A DNA stretch of 63,672 nt, filler included, from Octopus bimaculoides (taxonomy: Eukaryota), in the NCBI RefSeq assembly GCF_001194135.2. It is 6 parts of 6 records of this genome, joined end to end, with 100 filler letters (N's around TTAATTAATTAA, not from the genome) between each part and the next. Parts side by side here need not be neighbours in the genome. Positions count along the whole stretch, not along the records: positions 1 to 6,266 come from NC_068984.1; positions 6,367 to 38,199 come from NC_069005.1; 4 more parts are not named here. One strand, 5' to 3'. This document shows, one piece after another, positions 1-12,692 of this stretch (the first letter of the stretch is position 1; the number at the start of each line of letters is the position of its first letter). The notes beneath the pieces were generated by a model that did no database searches, was not told where the DNA came from, and saw nothing but the letters and a program-made list of their open reading frames with translations. The position numbers and the translations under genes were made by a program.

Positions 1-32
<32 letters not shown>

Positions 33-39
33 TATTATT

Positions 40-70
<31 letters not shown>

Positions 71-76
71 TTATTA
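1..76. repeat. (AAT)n switching directly to (ATT)n microsatellite
   Basis: About 10 AAT units then ATT units; the two halves are mutual reverse complements. Confidence 0.9.
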
Positions 77-947
77 AAATCTTAAACAAAATCATTCTTC
101 AGAAGTACTCGAAAATTTAAGCAGAAAAGTTCCCTGAAATAAGATCACAGATGCTTTTGATTTTCGTTTTATTTATTAACTTTTTCATTTTCTTTTTTGC
201 AGGATTGTTCCCTTTGTGTGTGTGTGTATGTGTGTGTGTGTGTGTGTGTGTTTGTGTGTGTGTGTATGTGCGTTTGTGTGTGTGTGTGTGTGTGTGTGTT
301 AGTTCGTGCGTACGCGCGAGTGTGTGAGTGTGTATGTGTGCGCGCTTTTGCCTTCCCTGTGCGTGTATGTTTGTGTAATATTTGTTTATACCTTGATTTA
401 TATATCATTTTACTTTCGTTTTAACCTTCAAATATAACATTTTAGTTGATGTGTAGCATTCGGCTGTAATCTAGCAGAAAATCATTCCAAACCCAAATAT
501 GGCTACACACGATTGAATTCGTTGTTTATGGAAAGCAATGCCAAATGTTATGGTGACGGAAATCTAGCATATTGTCTAGTTTTACGTTTTTATTTTCATG
601 TCTCAACATAAATCATTATTTTCACTATTTTATCAATAAAAACATGAAACAATCTAAACGAATACGCGATTTGAGTGATATAATATACATACATATATAC
701 ATATAAACGTATGCATTTATATTCATATGCATGTGTGTGTGTGTGTACGTATGTGTATGTGGACATATATACACAAAGGTGTGTGTCTGTGCGCGTGTGT
801 GTATGTTGTCAGACACGTTTCCATTGCGTAAAATATCTGATATTTCGTGTTCTTATTTTGCTATAATTCCTTTTGCTTTTGCCTTTCGTGTAAAGTACAC
901 TCAGCATACTTCTATTTCACTGACGCTCACATATTAGCATATGTGTG

Positions 948-1011
<64 letters not shown>

Positions 1012-1319
1012 CGCACACACACAAACACAGACACACACTTATATTCATGTTTATGCATACCCCCACACGCACATACATATGTATATGATGATTGCAGGTG
1101 ATTCCAGTCTCCTTGTGTTTCCTCGTTGTCAATGCCATTTCTGACTCTCCGTCCATAACCTCTCAGATGACTACTCAATTCCGTTGCAGAGCTGCATGGT
1201 TTGAAGCATATGTGAGTAACAGAAGTTGTCACTTCTTGTGCACTTTCAACGGGATAAGTCTGAGATGTCACCCTCTTCCGTCGTCAGAGGACTGTCAGTT
1301 GATGGAATGAAAATGGACT

Positions 1320-1630
1320 GGCCCTCTATCAGTTACGACGACAAGGGTTCCAGTTGATCCGATGAACGGAACAGCCTGCTCGTGAAATTAACGTACAAGT
1401 GGCTGAGCACTCCACAGACACGCGTACCCTTAACGTAATTCTCAAGGAGTTACAGTCTGACACAGAATGTGACAAGGCTGGCCCTTTGAAATACAGGTAC
1501 TACTCATTTTTTCCAACTGAGTGGACTGGAACAACGTCTTGCACAATGACACAAATGCGTCGCCGGGAATCGCACTCACGACCTTACAATCGTGAGTTGA
1601 ATATCCTAACCATTAAACCATAAAGAGGCA
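1320..1630 (-). mobile_element. tRNA-derived SINE, chimeric (core shared with 9108-9746 copies, tail shared with family B)
   Basis: Minus strand has a decayed tRNA-like head, core CCAGTCCACTCAGTTGGAAAAAATGAGTA, then GTACCTGTATTTCAAAGGGCCAGCC...GGATCAACTGGAACCC matching the tails at 35520-35690 and 36460-36630. Confidence 0.8.
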
Positions 1631-2135
1631 TCCGTACACCACTGCATTATAATGATAAATGCTTGTGCAGCACGTGATTAGTGATCGAAACCATGTGACC
1701 AGTAATCNNNNNNNNNNNNNNNNNNNNNNNNNNNNNNNNNNNNNNNNNNNNNNNNNNNNNNNNNNNNNNNNNNNNNNNNNNNNNNNNNNNNNNNNNNNNN
1801 NNNNNNNNNNNNNNNNNNNNNNNNNNNNNNNNNNNNNNNNNNNNNNNNNNNNNNNNNNNNNNNNNNNNNNNNNNNNNNNNNNNNNNNNNNNNNNNNNNNN
1901 NNNNNNNNNNNNNNNNNNNNNNNNNNNNNNNNNNNNNNNNNNNNNNNNNNNNNNNNNNNNNNNNNNNNNNNNNNNNNNNNNNNNNNNNNNNNNNNNNNNN
2001 NNNNNNNNNNNNNNNNNNNNNNNNNNNNNNNNNNNNNNNNNNNNNNNNNNNNNNNNNNNNNNNNNNNNNNNNNNNNNNNNNNNNNNNNNNNNNNNNNNNN
2101 NNNNNNNNNNNNNNNNNNNNNNNNNNNNNNNNNNN

Positions 2136-2205
<70 letters not shown>

Positions 2206-4985
2206 TAGATATTTTTTATAGGTTTATCGCACATATATTTTTTACACATTTTTTTCTGTATTCTACCTTCCACTCTACTTTTTTCCTGTTTGTATATAAA
2301 CGTGTACATGGGACCTTTTGTGCGCGCTTGTGGATGTGTGCGTATATAGACGTGTGTATAAACCTTTTTTGCGCACGTGTGTATGTGTGTGAGCGTGTTG
2401 CGTGTGTGTGTGTGTGTGTACGAGCTTGTATGCGGGTATGTATATACTTTTTGGTGAATGTGTGGGTGAGCATGTGTTTCAAGTGAGGGTGGATGAGGAT
2501 ATACATATAGGCGCATGTACGTGTGTGTGCGGGCGCGCATGTACGTGGGTGTGCGGGCGCGCACGTGTATGTATGAACTGTACGTTTACGCAAATACTAT
2601 GGACATTTTTACTCCCTTACCTTTACTCCCTCCCCTCACTTAGCGGTCATTCTAATAGCTCTTTTGTCTTAATAACGGTCATTCACTGAGTAATTTCCCT
2701 TTGTTTAACGGTCATTTTCATAACATTTGTTTCGATGACCAGATAATTGAAGAGATGGTGGCGTGAGTTTCTGCTCTGACATCCGAAACTCGGAGTTTTA
2801 TCATGGCTACCGAATAATTGTCACATATCATCTACTGATAAATTCCTCTATTTACATAATATCGAGGTCACTTTCTTTCTTTTGTTGTCTTACCTTTACC
2901 CCTCGCTGGTCACATGTGTCCACTTACTAATTCTTTTCTTCCTTGGTTATCACCGAGCAAACACTCGAACTTACTTCGTCCCACTTCCAGTTCGTTGCTT
3001 CACAGCGTTCAATATACATATAATTTTTCACGTCTGGCCGTATAGCTTTTTCCGTTTGCTTTGCTGTCTTATTTTCTTTTCTGTTTGTTTCCCTGTCTTG
3101 TTTTCTGTCCGGCACTACATTCCTCCATGGTACAAGTTTAATTTGTGTATACAAATTTAATTAGTGGTCCGTGGGAAGAGCCATTTTAACGATGCGTCCT
3201 GCCCTACTCTTCGAAACGCCTGTGTTAGAATAGGGGTAGCTGATGAAGGAAAATGTTCTCTATGTGGCCTGTGTGTGTTCTGTACTCTGGTTATTATTAT
3301 TTTTTGTCTACGTTTTGTTTGCAATGTCCTGTACCCAGATATGCACCTATATGTACAGGTAGACGTAGGTATGCACATACCTGTACGTATATATGCATAT
3401 ACTCATTTATTATTTGTTTTATATATATATATATATATATNNNNNNNNNNNNNNNNNNNNNNNNNNNNNNNNNNNNNNNNNNNNNNNNNNNNNNNNNNNN
3501 NNNNNNNNNNNNNNNNNNNNNNNNNNNNNNNNNNNNNNNNNNNNNNNNNNNNNNNNNNNNNNNNNNNNNNNNNNNNNNNNNNNNNNNNNNNNNNNNNNNN
3601 NNNNNNNNNNNNNNNNNNNNNNNNNNNNNNNNNNNNNNNNNNNNNNNNNNNNNNNNNNNNNNNNNNNNNNNNNNNNNNNNNNNNNNNNNNNNNNNNNNNN
3701 NNNNNNNNNNNNNNNNNNNNNNNNNNNNNNNNNNNNNNNNNNNNNNNNNNNNNNNNNNNNNNNNNNNNNNNNNNNNNNNNNNNNNNNNNNNNNNNNNNNN
3801 NNNNNNNNNNNNNNNNNNNNNNNNNNNNNNNNNNNNNNNNNNNNNNNNNNNNNNNNNNNNNNNNNNNNNNNNNNNNNNNNNNNNNNNNNNNNNNNNNNNN
3901 NNNNNNNNNNNNNNNNNNNNNNNNNNNNNNNNNNNNNNNNNNNNNNNNNNNNNNNNNNNNNNTATATATATATATATATATCTTTATGAATTTGTGTTTT
4001 GTGTTACAAGATTCCTGATATGAAACCGTGTGTTGAAACAGATATTGTTATATTTCGTGATGGTCTATTTGTTTTTGACAAAAAAAGTGACCATCTCGAA
4101 ATACAAAATACATACATACATACATGCAACATACATACATACATACATACATATATGCATACATATATATATATTGTATGTGTATATATATATTGTATGT
4201 GTGTGCATGTGTATATATATTCTCGTACTAAGTTAGATACTTATCGACTGTTCATCTGTCGAAGAAAATGAATTAGGATACTAATCAGTATGATGAAGAA
4301 GTTCAAGTTAGCAGTTATTAATGTTGCCGACTAGACTACGTTCCCATCTAACACAAAGACCTGGCATGTGATCTAGTTAATTCAGAAGCAAATTGATTTT
4401 TATCTGCAGTTACAATATCGTCACATGAGATTCGATAAGAAAAAGATTGAAGCCTGAAACGATAGCTAAAAACGAACATAGTGAGACTGTACTTAGTTCA
4501 TCAAATGCAAAATTATTGTCCACGTAAAAGCATGCCTTTACATGGACAATAATTTCGTCAAAGAAAATGTGAATATTCCGTAGAACTTTAGTAGACAAAA
4601 GACCACCAATAGCACATAATACGCTTTGATCATTTGCCATGAGAAAAAATTGACAATGATACTGTAATTATCGACGTAGCTATATAAAATGACTATAACG
4701 TTTTGTTGAAATGAACTAAAATGAAAAGATCCCTTGATGTACTTGCCGAACCGTGAATAATAAAGACAGGAGTTATNNNNNNNNNNGAACCGTAAATAAT
4801 AAAGACAGGAGTTATTGCAGGAACGAAACTGTGTATTTTCACAGAAGACTTTGTCTTTCATCTCATCGAGGCCGATAACATAAGCACCAATCAAGTGCTG
4901 GGGTTGATTTGCTGGACTCCTCCACACCCGTATCCGGAAGCCTTGTGCCTACCTTAGAAATTATGATTTCTATTGTTGCTAGTGT

Positions 4986-5030
<45 letters not shown>

Positions 5031-5032
<2 letters not shown>

Positions 5033-5540
5033 CAGCGAAATGTCAGAATCGTTAGCACGCCGGAGAAAATACTTAGCAGCATCAGCCTTACGTTTTGAGT
5101 TCAAATTCCGCCGATGTCTACTTCGTCATACCAATCCTTTTGGGGTCGATAATATAAATACCAATTGAAAGCTGGGGTCACTGTAATTATCTATCTCCCT
5201 CCCGCAAAATTGCAGACCTTGTAGAAAGGAATATTACTAAGGTGGTAAGAGCTAGTAGAAGTTCAGAGCACCGGCAAAACGATTTGCAACATTTGTACAG
5301 ACAATTGACAATTTAAATTCAAATACCACCCCAGTCGGCATTGCTTTTCTTCGTGTCGAGGTCAGTAAAATAAAGTACCAGTGAAGGACTGTAGTCGAAG
5401 CAATCGACTAACTCTTTACGCAAACATTGATGGCCTTATGCCAAATTATGAAGCAATTATAAGGCAGTGAGCTAGCAGAATTGTTAGGACAACGGACAAA
5501 ACATTTGCGACGTTTTATCCCTCTTTACTTTCTGAGCAAT
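5031..5540 (+). mobile_element. Cluster of three decayed family-F SINE copies
   Basis: Each resembles the F consensus GGCGGTGAGCTGGCAGAATCGTTAG...GAGTTCAAATTCC...GGGGTCGAT seen more clearly at 17447 and 41146; the first follows an (ACT)n run. Confidence 0.65.
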
Positions 5541-5553
5541 TTTAACTGGAAGT

Positions 5554-5726
5554 TTTAGTCGATGCTATGGAACCCAATACTTGACTGGTACTGTATTTCA
5601 ATGAACCCGAATTGAAGGGTAAAGTTGACTGTGGTGTGATTTGAAACTAGGAAATAAAGAGCCGGAAGAAATACTGCATGCTATCATGTCCAACACTCTA
5701 ACGATTGTGCCAGTTTTCTACCCTTC
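5554..5726 (-). mobile_element. Family-F SINE, diverged
   Basis: Minus strand reads AACTGGCACAATCGTTAGAGTGTTGG...TTTCAAATCACACCACAGTCAACTTTACCC...GTACCAGTCAAGTATTGGG, homologous to the other F copies. Confidence 0.7.
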
Positions 5727-5730
5727 TGCG

Positions 5731-5792
<62 letters not shown>

Positions 5793-5866
5793 CAACAACA
5801 ACAACAACAACGACAACAACGACAACAACAACAACAATAATAACAATAATAATAATAATAATAATA

Positions 5867-6266
5867 ACATGGTTTAACAATGGTTTAACATTCCTGCTTC
5901 CAAAAAATGAGGAAACAAACGAACCAAAAAATTATCGACCCATACCCTGCTTAACAACAATGTATAAGACGCTAACATCTGTCCTAACCGAGTACACCTA
6001 TAGTTTTTTAATAGAAAGTAGCATATTCCCTAATGAGCAAAAGGGATGTAAACGTGGATCTTATGGTTGTAAAGATCAGCTACTCATCAATAAGATGATC
6101 TTAGAAGATTGTCACAAGCGACACAAAAACTTGTCAATAGCCTGGATAGACTACAAAAAGGCCTTTGATAGGCTACCACATAGCTGGATTAGGAAATGTC
6201 TGGAAATGTATTAAATAGCTCCTACTCTGCGTAACTTTTTATCTGTAAGTATGAGATCACGTTGAA
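5867..6266 (+). mobile_element. R4/Dong-clade non-LTR retrotransposon, reverse transcriptase N-terminal fragment
   Basis: Frame from 5870 reads WFNNGLTFLLPKNEETNEPKNYRPIPCL...EQKGCKRGSYGCKDQLLINK...WIDYKKAFDRLPHSWI, typical RT motifs of RLE-type LINEs. One stop (TAA 6212-6214) then IAPTLRNFL; truncated by a linker; preceded by (AAT)n. Confidence 0.88.
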
Positions 6267-6366
6267 NNNNNNNNNNNNNNNNNNNNNNNNNNNNNNNNNN
6301 NNNNNNNNNNTTAATTAATTAANNNNNNNNNNNNNNNNNNNNNNNNNNNNNNNNNNNNNNNNNNNN
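6267..6366. other. Artificial assembly linker N44-TTAATTAATTAA-N44
   Basis: Exactly 100 bp; the palindromic 12-mer at 6311-6322 gives stops in all six frames; five identical copies in the window. Confidence 0.95.
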
Positions 6367-6409
<43 letters not shown>

Positions 6410-7080
6410 TTTTACAGAGAAAGATAGAGATAGAGAGAGAGAGAGAGAGATAGAGAGAGAGAGGTTAGGAAGGAGAGAGAACGAGAGAGAGGGGGGGAAA
6501 GGTGAAAGAACAGTTACATGGCAGTCAGTCGAGACGTGTTTCCATATCATTACTATTTGCAATAATCACACCGTGTGCACGTGATCAGAAAATGTTAGCA
6601 TTTAGGAAAAGTTCGTGCAGCTGTCACTGCCAAACACCACCACCACCACCACGACCGCAACTACTGCTACTACTACCACTCCTACTACCAGCAGCATCAG
6701 TACCACCACCATTGTCACCATCACCACCACCATCACCACCACCGCCACCACCAGCATCGTTATCAGTATTCCACCTACCACCCTCACCGATTCTTCCACC
6801 ACCCCGATGTCGTTTTTATTTTTGTATTTTATGTTATTTCTTTCCTTTTTTAATCTTTTTATTTATAGAATATATCTGTCAGACTCCCAGACAATCTTAG
6901 TCAGTTCCAAAGCTAAAGTTAGAGCAGTCCTGTCGTCTGCTCAGAACTAGATCATAGTTATTATACATATATATATATATTGTATATACCCACTTACCGA
7001 TTGTTATATTTATATATATATATATACATATATATACACACACATAAATATATTGTTATTTTTATATATATACACTCACT

Positions 7081-7122
<42 letters not shown>

Positions 7123-8077
7123 GTCTCTGATATCTGGGGGCTATATGCAGATGCAGAATATTTAAGGTAGGCCACGTTTTAATAATAATTTCTTAAGATT
7201 TCTTTGTATATCTGACGGAGTAAAGGAAGATGTGGATTGTCTGTGATGTAGTATTGTTCATGCGTTTCACCCTAAAGGATGCTAAGGGGGTGGGGATCAT
7301 GTGAATCTAATCTAAATAGATTTAAATTAACCCTAAACTGGGTATCCTAACCAGCCAAAATGTGAACCTGGATCGCCAGAATGGGACTCCTATGTGTGTA
7401 ACACAGCATACTTTTTTTGGTTTATAACTTGATATGCGAATAAAAAGATAGTTCCCTTCATAAAAACGTGTACACCAATTAATGAAATCAATTATGCACC
7501 CACACACCCTTTCATTTGAAATTTAATTGTTATGTACCACCATCATAATCATTATTTTCTTCATATTGATATCAGCTTCAATGCTGCTGCTACTGCTGCT
7601 ACTACTACTGCTTTTACTACTACTACTACTGCTTTTACTACTACTACTACTGCTTTTACTACTACTACTAATACTATTGAGTGAGAGAGCGTCACACGCC
7701 ATCAAAGTGATGCTAGGATACAAATATACAAAGCCAATAAACCCATCATGAGTACACGTCTACTTAGAGTACACCATGCACATGCATCACAACCATATGT
7801 GCATGACATGGTGACATCATATCAAGACAAACAGTGCATAGCCTTAGAAGTGGGGCCCTAGTCCCTGAATAAGGGTTGTTTGAGGATGATAAATGAAACA
7901 CCCATGTTTCCAGGGGTGAATTATTCAAACCCCAAAGAATCCCTCTCACCACATGGCTGTGATGCTCCCCCACCACTTCTGCTCACAATCAGAGATGCAC
8001 ATATTGTCAGCCACTAAGGGACATGCTCAGCTGATTATGGTCAAGTAGCTGACAAGCAAATCTGTAGTATTGAGCAA

Positions 8078-8220
8078 GAGTTCAAATTCCACGAAGGTCG
8101 ACTTTACCTTCCATCCTTTCAGAGTCAATAATAAGTACCAGTTGAACACTGGGGTCGGTGTAACTAACTCGTCCCCTCTTGCAAAATTTCTGCCCTTGTG
8201 GCAAAATTTGAAGCCACTTG
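8078..8220 (+). mobile_element. 5'-truncated family-F SINE ending in (ATT)n
   Basis: GAGTTCAAATTCCACGAAGGTCGACTTTACCTTCCATCCTTTC...GTACCAGTT...CTGGGGTCGG followed by an ATT array. Confidence 0.8.
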
Positions 8221-8278
8221 TATTATTATTATTATTATTATTGTTATTGTTATCATTTTTATCATTATTATTATTATA

Positions 8279-8312
<34 letters not shown>

Positions 8313-9107
8313 CTAAGATTCCAGGCTTTGTGCCAAAATAACAAAATGTGCTACACTTATAATGTATGTACAAACATAGAACAGGGCTAGCTATAATATT
8401 TTGTTTCAGAGAAACTTGAAACGTTCACACACATCGTTCTGAGCATGCTTTATTTTTGACAAGCACAGTATCTTCAGAGAAGTTTCTCTCCAACACAAAA
8501 AACATTACAGCCAGCAAAGCTTTTACTTTTCTATTTTCGTTATAAATGAAATACACATCGTTGTTTTAATCCAGTGCTGTTTATTGATTATTAAAATGTG
8601 TATATTGATTTAACTCCTGCCTGCTTCCATACAAATCAACGAATATTTTCTTCGCTGATTTCTATACTGGAGCAAAAGCACAGAGTGACCGGTGGCGTTT
8701 GTCACTGAGGAGGTTAAATTAATCCAAAAAACCAGTGTCGGATGATTCGCTGGCATTATTCTGAGCGAGTTCTGTCTTTAATGCACTAAGCCATGTAAGA
8801 AAAGTTTTTCTGAAGCAAAAATATTATAGTAAATGCTGTTTAATGTTTTTATAAACATCCAGAATATTATACGCATCGTAATTTAATGTAATAATGTTTC
8901 AAGTACATATATTGATATTTTTCATCATTTTCATCATATTTAGAAAGCATCAGAAAAAGTGTCATGTTATATAACCTTGACAAAATGTGCCCCAATGCAA
9001 AATTTCAGCTCCCTAGATACGAATTTGTGGCCTACAGCTTTAAACATAATGCAAACAGGGATACATATACATGATGCAAACATACATGTTTATGTATATT
9101 TGTACAT

Positions 9108-9450
9108 TCTGAGACCCCTTTCGGTCATGACTGACCATGGGTTTGCATCTGGAAAGTTACCATCCCAGGCTCAAGTCCGGGCAAGGTTGTTTTATTATGG
9201 AAGACCGACAGTCGCCCATGCATACCAGCCTCCCCTCTCCACACCACCAGTGTTATCCAAGAGAAAGACAAGGGTTGATACAGCTTGGCACCAGTGATGT
9301 CACAACTCATTTCTACAGCTGAGTGAACTGGAGCAACGTGAAATAAAGTGTCTTGCTCAAGAACACAACACGCAGCCCGGTTCAGGATTCAAACTCACAA
9401 CCTCATGATCGTAAGCTCGACGCTCTAATCACTGAGCCATGCGCCTTCAC
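9108..9450 (-). mobile_element. tRNA-derived SINE (family D)
   Basis: Minus head GTGAAGGCGCATGGCTCAGTGATTAGAGCG...GAGTTTGAATCC (A/B boxes), core GTGTTGTGTTCTTGAGCAAGACACTT...CCAGTTCACTCAGCTG, distinct tail. Confidence 0.8.
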
Positions 9451-9497
9451 TTTGTACATTCATAATACATATATAGGTACATAAAAAAAAAAAATAA

Positions 9498-9746
9498 ATG
9501 CACCCTTTTAAAGCCTAGCCAGGCTCATGGGCCCGGTTTCCCGGTTTCAATGGCGTACGTGTTCCCCAGCTGGACGGGACGCCAGTCCATCGCAGCATTA
9601 CTCATTTTTGCCAGCTGAGTGGACTGGAACAACGTGAAATGAAGTGTTTTGCTCAAGAACACAACACATCGCCCGGTCCAGGAATCGAAACCACAATCTT
9701 ACAATCATGAATCTGACACTTTAATCACTAAGCCATGCGTTTCCAC
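9498..9746 (-). mobile_element. tRNA-derived SINE (family C)
   Basis: Same head and core type as 9108-9450 but tail ATGCTGCGATGGACTGGCGTCCCGTCCAGCTGGGG...GGCTAGGCTTTAAAAGGGTGCAT. Confidence 0.8.
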
Positions 9747-10354
9747 ATATAGGTACATACAAACACATAAATATATATATCTATGCAAGCACACACATAC
9801 ATGATAATGTACAAACCTATATAGATACTTCTTATGCATACATTTATGCGTATATACATACATACAGACAGACAGACACTTACAGACATACATACCTTCC
9901 CACATACGTATATATCTTTACATACATACACACATACTTGCATAGTCCCTTTTATATATCACAGTATTATCAACTGATGTTATTGTTTAGCCCAAGGTCA
10001 GTTCTGACTGAGTAGACACATGATCAAAGATCTTGTAGCTGTCATGTTGTATATGATCAACTATAATTCCCTTGGTGTTTCTGTCAATCCATGGCTGAAC
10101 GAAAATCTTGATATGCCATCATCATCTTATTGATGCTGGTTGCAGAGTTACCTGTTGACAGAGGCCAGCAATGGTTGATAAAATAACAGTCAAACTTTGA
10201 GGTGAATATATTCAATTATATCCCCTGCTCCGAGAGTGTGTCCTTGGTTCAGTGTTAGAAATAAATAACAGATGTTTACTTGGTTTATTTATTTCAGACT
10301 CCTTCACATGTTGTAAGGGTGTTACGTTAGATTTAGTTAAATGATAAACAGTTT

Positions 10355-10655
10355 AGGCGCAGGAGTGGCTGTGTGGTACGTAGCTTGCTGACCAACCACA
10401 TGGTTCCGGGTTCAATCCCACTGCGTGGCACCTTGGGCAAGTGTCTTCAACTATAGCCTCGGGCCGACCAAAGCCTTGTGAGTGGATTTGGTAGACGGAA
10501 ACTGAAAGAAGCCCATCGTATGTGTGTGTGTGTGTGTGTGTGTGTCTGTGTTTGTCCCCCCCACCATCACTTAGCAACCAATGTTGGCGTGTTCATGTCC
10601 CCCTAACATTAGCGGTTCGGCAAAAGACACCGATAAAATAAGTACTAGGCTTACA
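10355..10655 (+). mobile_element. tRNA-derived SINE (family A), head plus body, runs into gap
   Basis: AGGCGCAGGAGTGGCTGTGTGG...GGTTCCGGGTTCAATCCCACTGCGTGGCACCTTGGGCAAG; multiple homologous copies in the window. Confidence 0.88.
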
Positions 10656-11151
10656 NNNNNNNNNNNNNNNNNNNNNNNNNNNNNNNNNNNNNNNNNNNNN
10701 NNNNNNNNNNNNNNNNNNNNNNNNNNNNNNNNNNNNNNNNNNNNNNNNNNNNNNNNNNNNNNNNNNNNNNNNNNNNNNNNNNNNNNNNNNNNNNNNNNNN
10801 NNNNNNNNNNNNNNNNNNNNNNNNNNNNNNNNNNNNNNNNNNNNNNNNNNNNNNNNNNNNNNNNNNNNNNNNNNNNNNNNNNNNNNNNNNNNNNNNNNNN
10901 NNNNNNNNNNNNNNNNNNNNNNNNNNNNNNNNNNNNNNNNNNNNNNNNNNNNNNNNNNNNNNNNNNNNNNNNNNNNNNNNNNNNNNNNNNNNNNNNNNNN
11001 NNNNNNNNNNNNNNNNNNNNNNNNNNNNNNNNNNNNNNNNNNNNNNNNNNNNNNNNNNNNNNNNNNNNNNNNNNNNNNNNNNNNNNNNNNNNNNNNNNNN
11101 NNNNNNNNNNNNNNNNNNNNNNNNNNNNNNATATATATATATATATATACA

Positions 11152-11287
11152 TATATACGACAGGCTTCTTTCAGTTTCCGTCTACCAAATCCACTCACAA
11201 GGCTTTGGTCGGCCCGAGGCTATAGTAGAAAACACTTGCCCAAGGTGCCACGCAGTGGGACTGAACCCGGAACCATGTGGTTGGTAA
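11152..11287 (-). mobile_element. Family-A SINE head region
   Basis: Near-exact reverse complement of about 10390-10520. Confidence 0.88.
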
Positions 11288-11394
11288 TTCTGGGAAAAAC
11301 TGAAATAAAAACCCCCAAAGAACTGCATTACTGTTACATGCGCAGCATCAACAGTTTTCTGTCCCTGTATCTTTCCTCTTGCTTGGAAAGCATA

Positions 11395-11940
11395 CTCAGA
11401 GTAGGTCAGATCAGCATCACTAGTGTTGCTACTTTTGTGCACCTTTCAATGATAAACACACTAGAAAGCAGCACTGTCTTCGTCCTCTCCGCCCTCGTCT
11501 TCTTCTTTGAGTGGTACTTGAAGAAGTCGATTGAGAGTTTGGCCAGAAAGGAAATGGTCTCTCTTCAAACCTTCCAGACAAGGTCACTGTGCAATCTCTT
11601 TGACCACAGTCACAAGTAGAGGAAAACTAGCCACCTTTCCTTGTCCCCACTCCACCCTCAATAAAAAAATATTCTGCATCGATTTTCACTGTAGATTTGG
11701 CCCCACAGGCGAAAGTAACCATTCTCTATAAGCTCACAAGTCCCTAGTGCAGTTACATTGTACAATAGCACGGTTTCATTCACCTGCATGCATCTTAGAC
11801 AAATTCAGCTGTTGGCACTTCCATGTCTGTAGAACTTGTGTTGAACAGGAAATGCTTCACTGTAGCACTGCCATGCTAAGGACTTTTAGATGTTGTTCAT
11901 AGTCTTTCACTTGAAAGTTCTTCAGAAGAGGTTGCTCAGA
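11395..11940 (-). mobile_element. Decayed L1/Tx1-like LINE ORF2 C-terminus (zinc knuckle region)
   Basis: Minus-strand fragments in shifting frames: CLRCMQVNETVL (11767-11801), AIVQC..RDL*AY.E.LLS, LVTVVKEI, FLSGQTL, DFFKYHSKKKTRAER. These resemble the Cx2C..ETxxH..C knuckle and tail of L1/Tx1 ORF2. Confidence 0.5.
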
Positions 11941-11942
11941 TA

Positions 11943-12029
11943 TTTGCCGAACCGCTAAGTTATGGGGATGTAAACACACCACCATCGGTTGTCAAGTGAT
12001 GGTGTGGGGGGACAAACACAGACACACAA

Positions 12030-12062
<33 letters not shown>
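11943..12062 (-). mobile_element. Family-A SINE body fragment
   Basis: Reverse complement matches TTTGTCCCCC..CCATCACTTGACAACCGATGGTGGTGTGTTTAC...TAACTTAGCGGTTCGGCAAA at 10550-10625 and 14122-14190. Confidence 0.85.
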
Positions 12063-12692
12063 NNNNNNNNNNNNNNNNNNNNNNNNNNNNNNNNNNNNNN
12101 NNNNNNNNNNNNNNNNNNNNNNNNNNNNNNNNNNNNNNNNNNNNNNNNNNNNNNNNNNNNNNNNNNNNNNNNNNNNNNNNNNNNNNNNNNNNNNNNNNNN
12201 NNNNNNNNNNNNNNNNNNNNNNNNNNNNNNNNNNNNNNNNNNNNNNNNNNNNNNNNNNNNNNNNNNNNNNNNNNNNNNNNNNNNNNNNNNNNNNNNNNNN
12301 NNNNNNNNNNNNNNNNNNNNNNNNNNNNNNNNNNNNNNNNNNNNNNNNNNNNNNNNNNNNNNNNNNNNNNNNNNNNNNNNNNNNNNNNNNNNNNNNNNNN
12401 NNNNNNNNNNNNNNNNNNNNNNNNNNNNNNNNNNNNNNNNNNNNNNNNNNNNNNNNNNNNNNNNNAAAAACACGGAGAAAAAATATTGAATAGTGTTCAG
12501 TCAATGGTCAATCATAATAATGGCTGACCGGAAGTTAGAAATTCTTTTTTCAGGAGAGCTAAGAAAAGGGGGAGATAACAAACGGTGATCGAAGAACGAG
12601 GGGCTGTGTGTGTGGGAGATAGAATGCTGGTGATCTTGACGTATGTAGTGTGAAAATGGGGAGGGGAGAAAGGAGTTGGTCAGTTGTAGTGT

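Noticed and set aside
1098-1211. AG...GTGAGT-bounded 114-nt open segment
   Set aside because: Weak pyrimidine tract, no recognisable protein motif and no partner exons in its segment.
3195-3262. CGAAACGCC...CTGATGAAGG resembling a permuted hammerhead
   Set aside because: Stem I cannot form between the putative cleavage site and CUGAUGA, and no downstream GAAA exists; at most a fragment.
4410-4640. 76-aa minus-strand ORF in unique sequence
   Set aside because: No recognisable domain or splice context; length compatible with chance.
4748-4815. 29-bp direct repeat around a 10-N gap
   Set aside because: Typical overlap or haplotype artefact at a contig join.
5869-5890. 11-bp tandem duplication ATGGTTTAACA at the Dong 5' junction
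   Set aside because: The two copies together encode WFNNGLT with the spacing expected for the W..xG.T.L.PK motif, so it need not be a TSD or integration scar.
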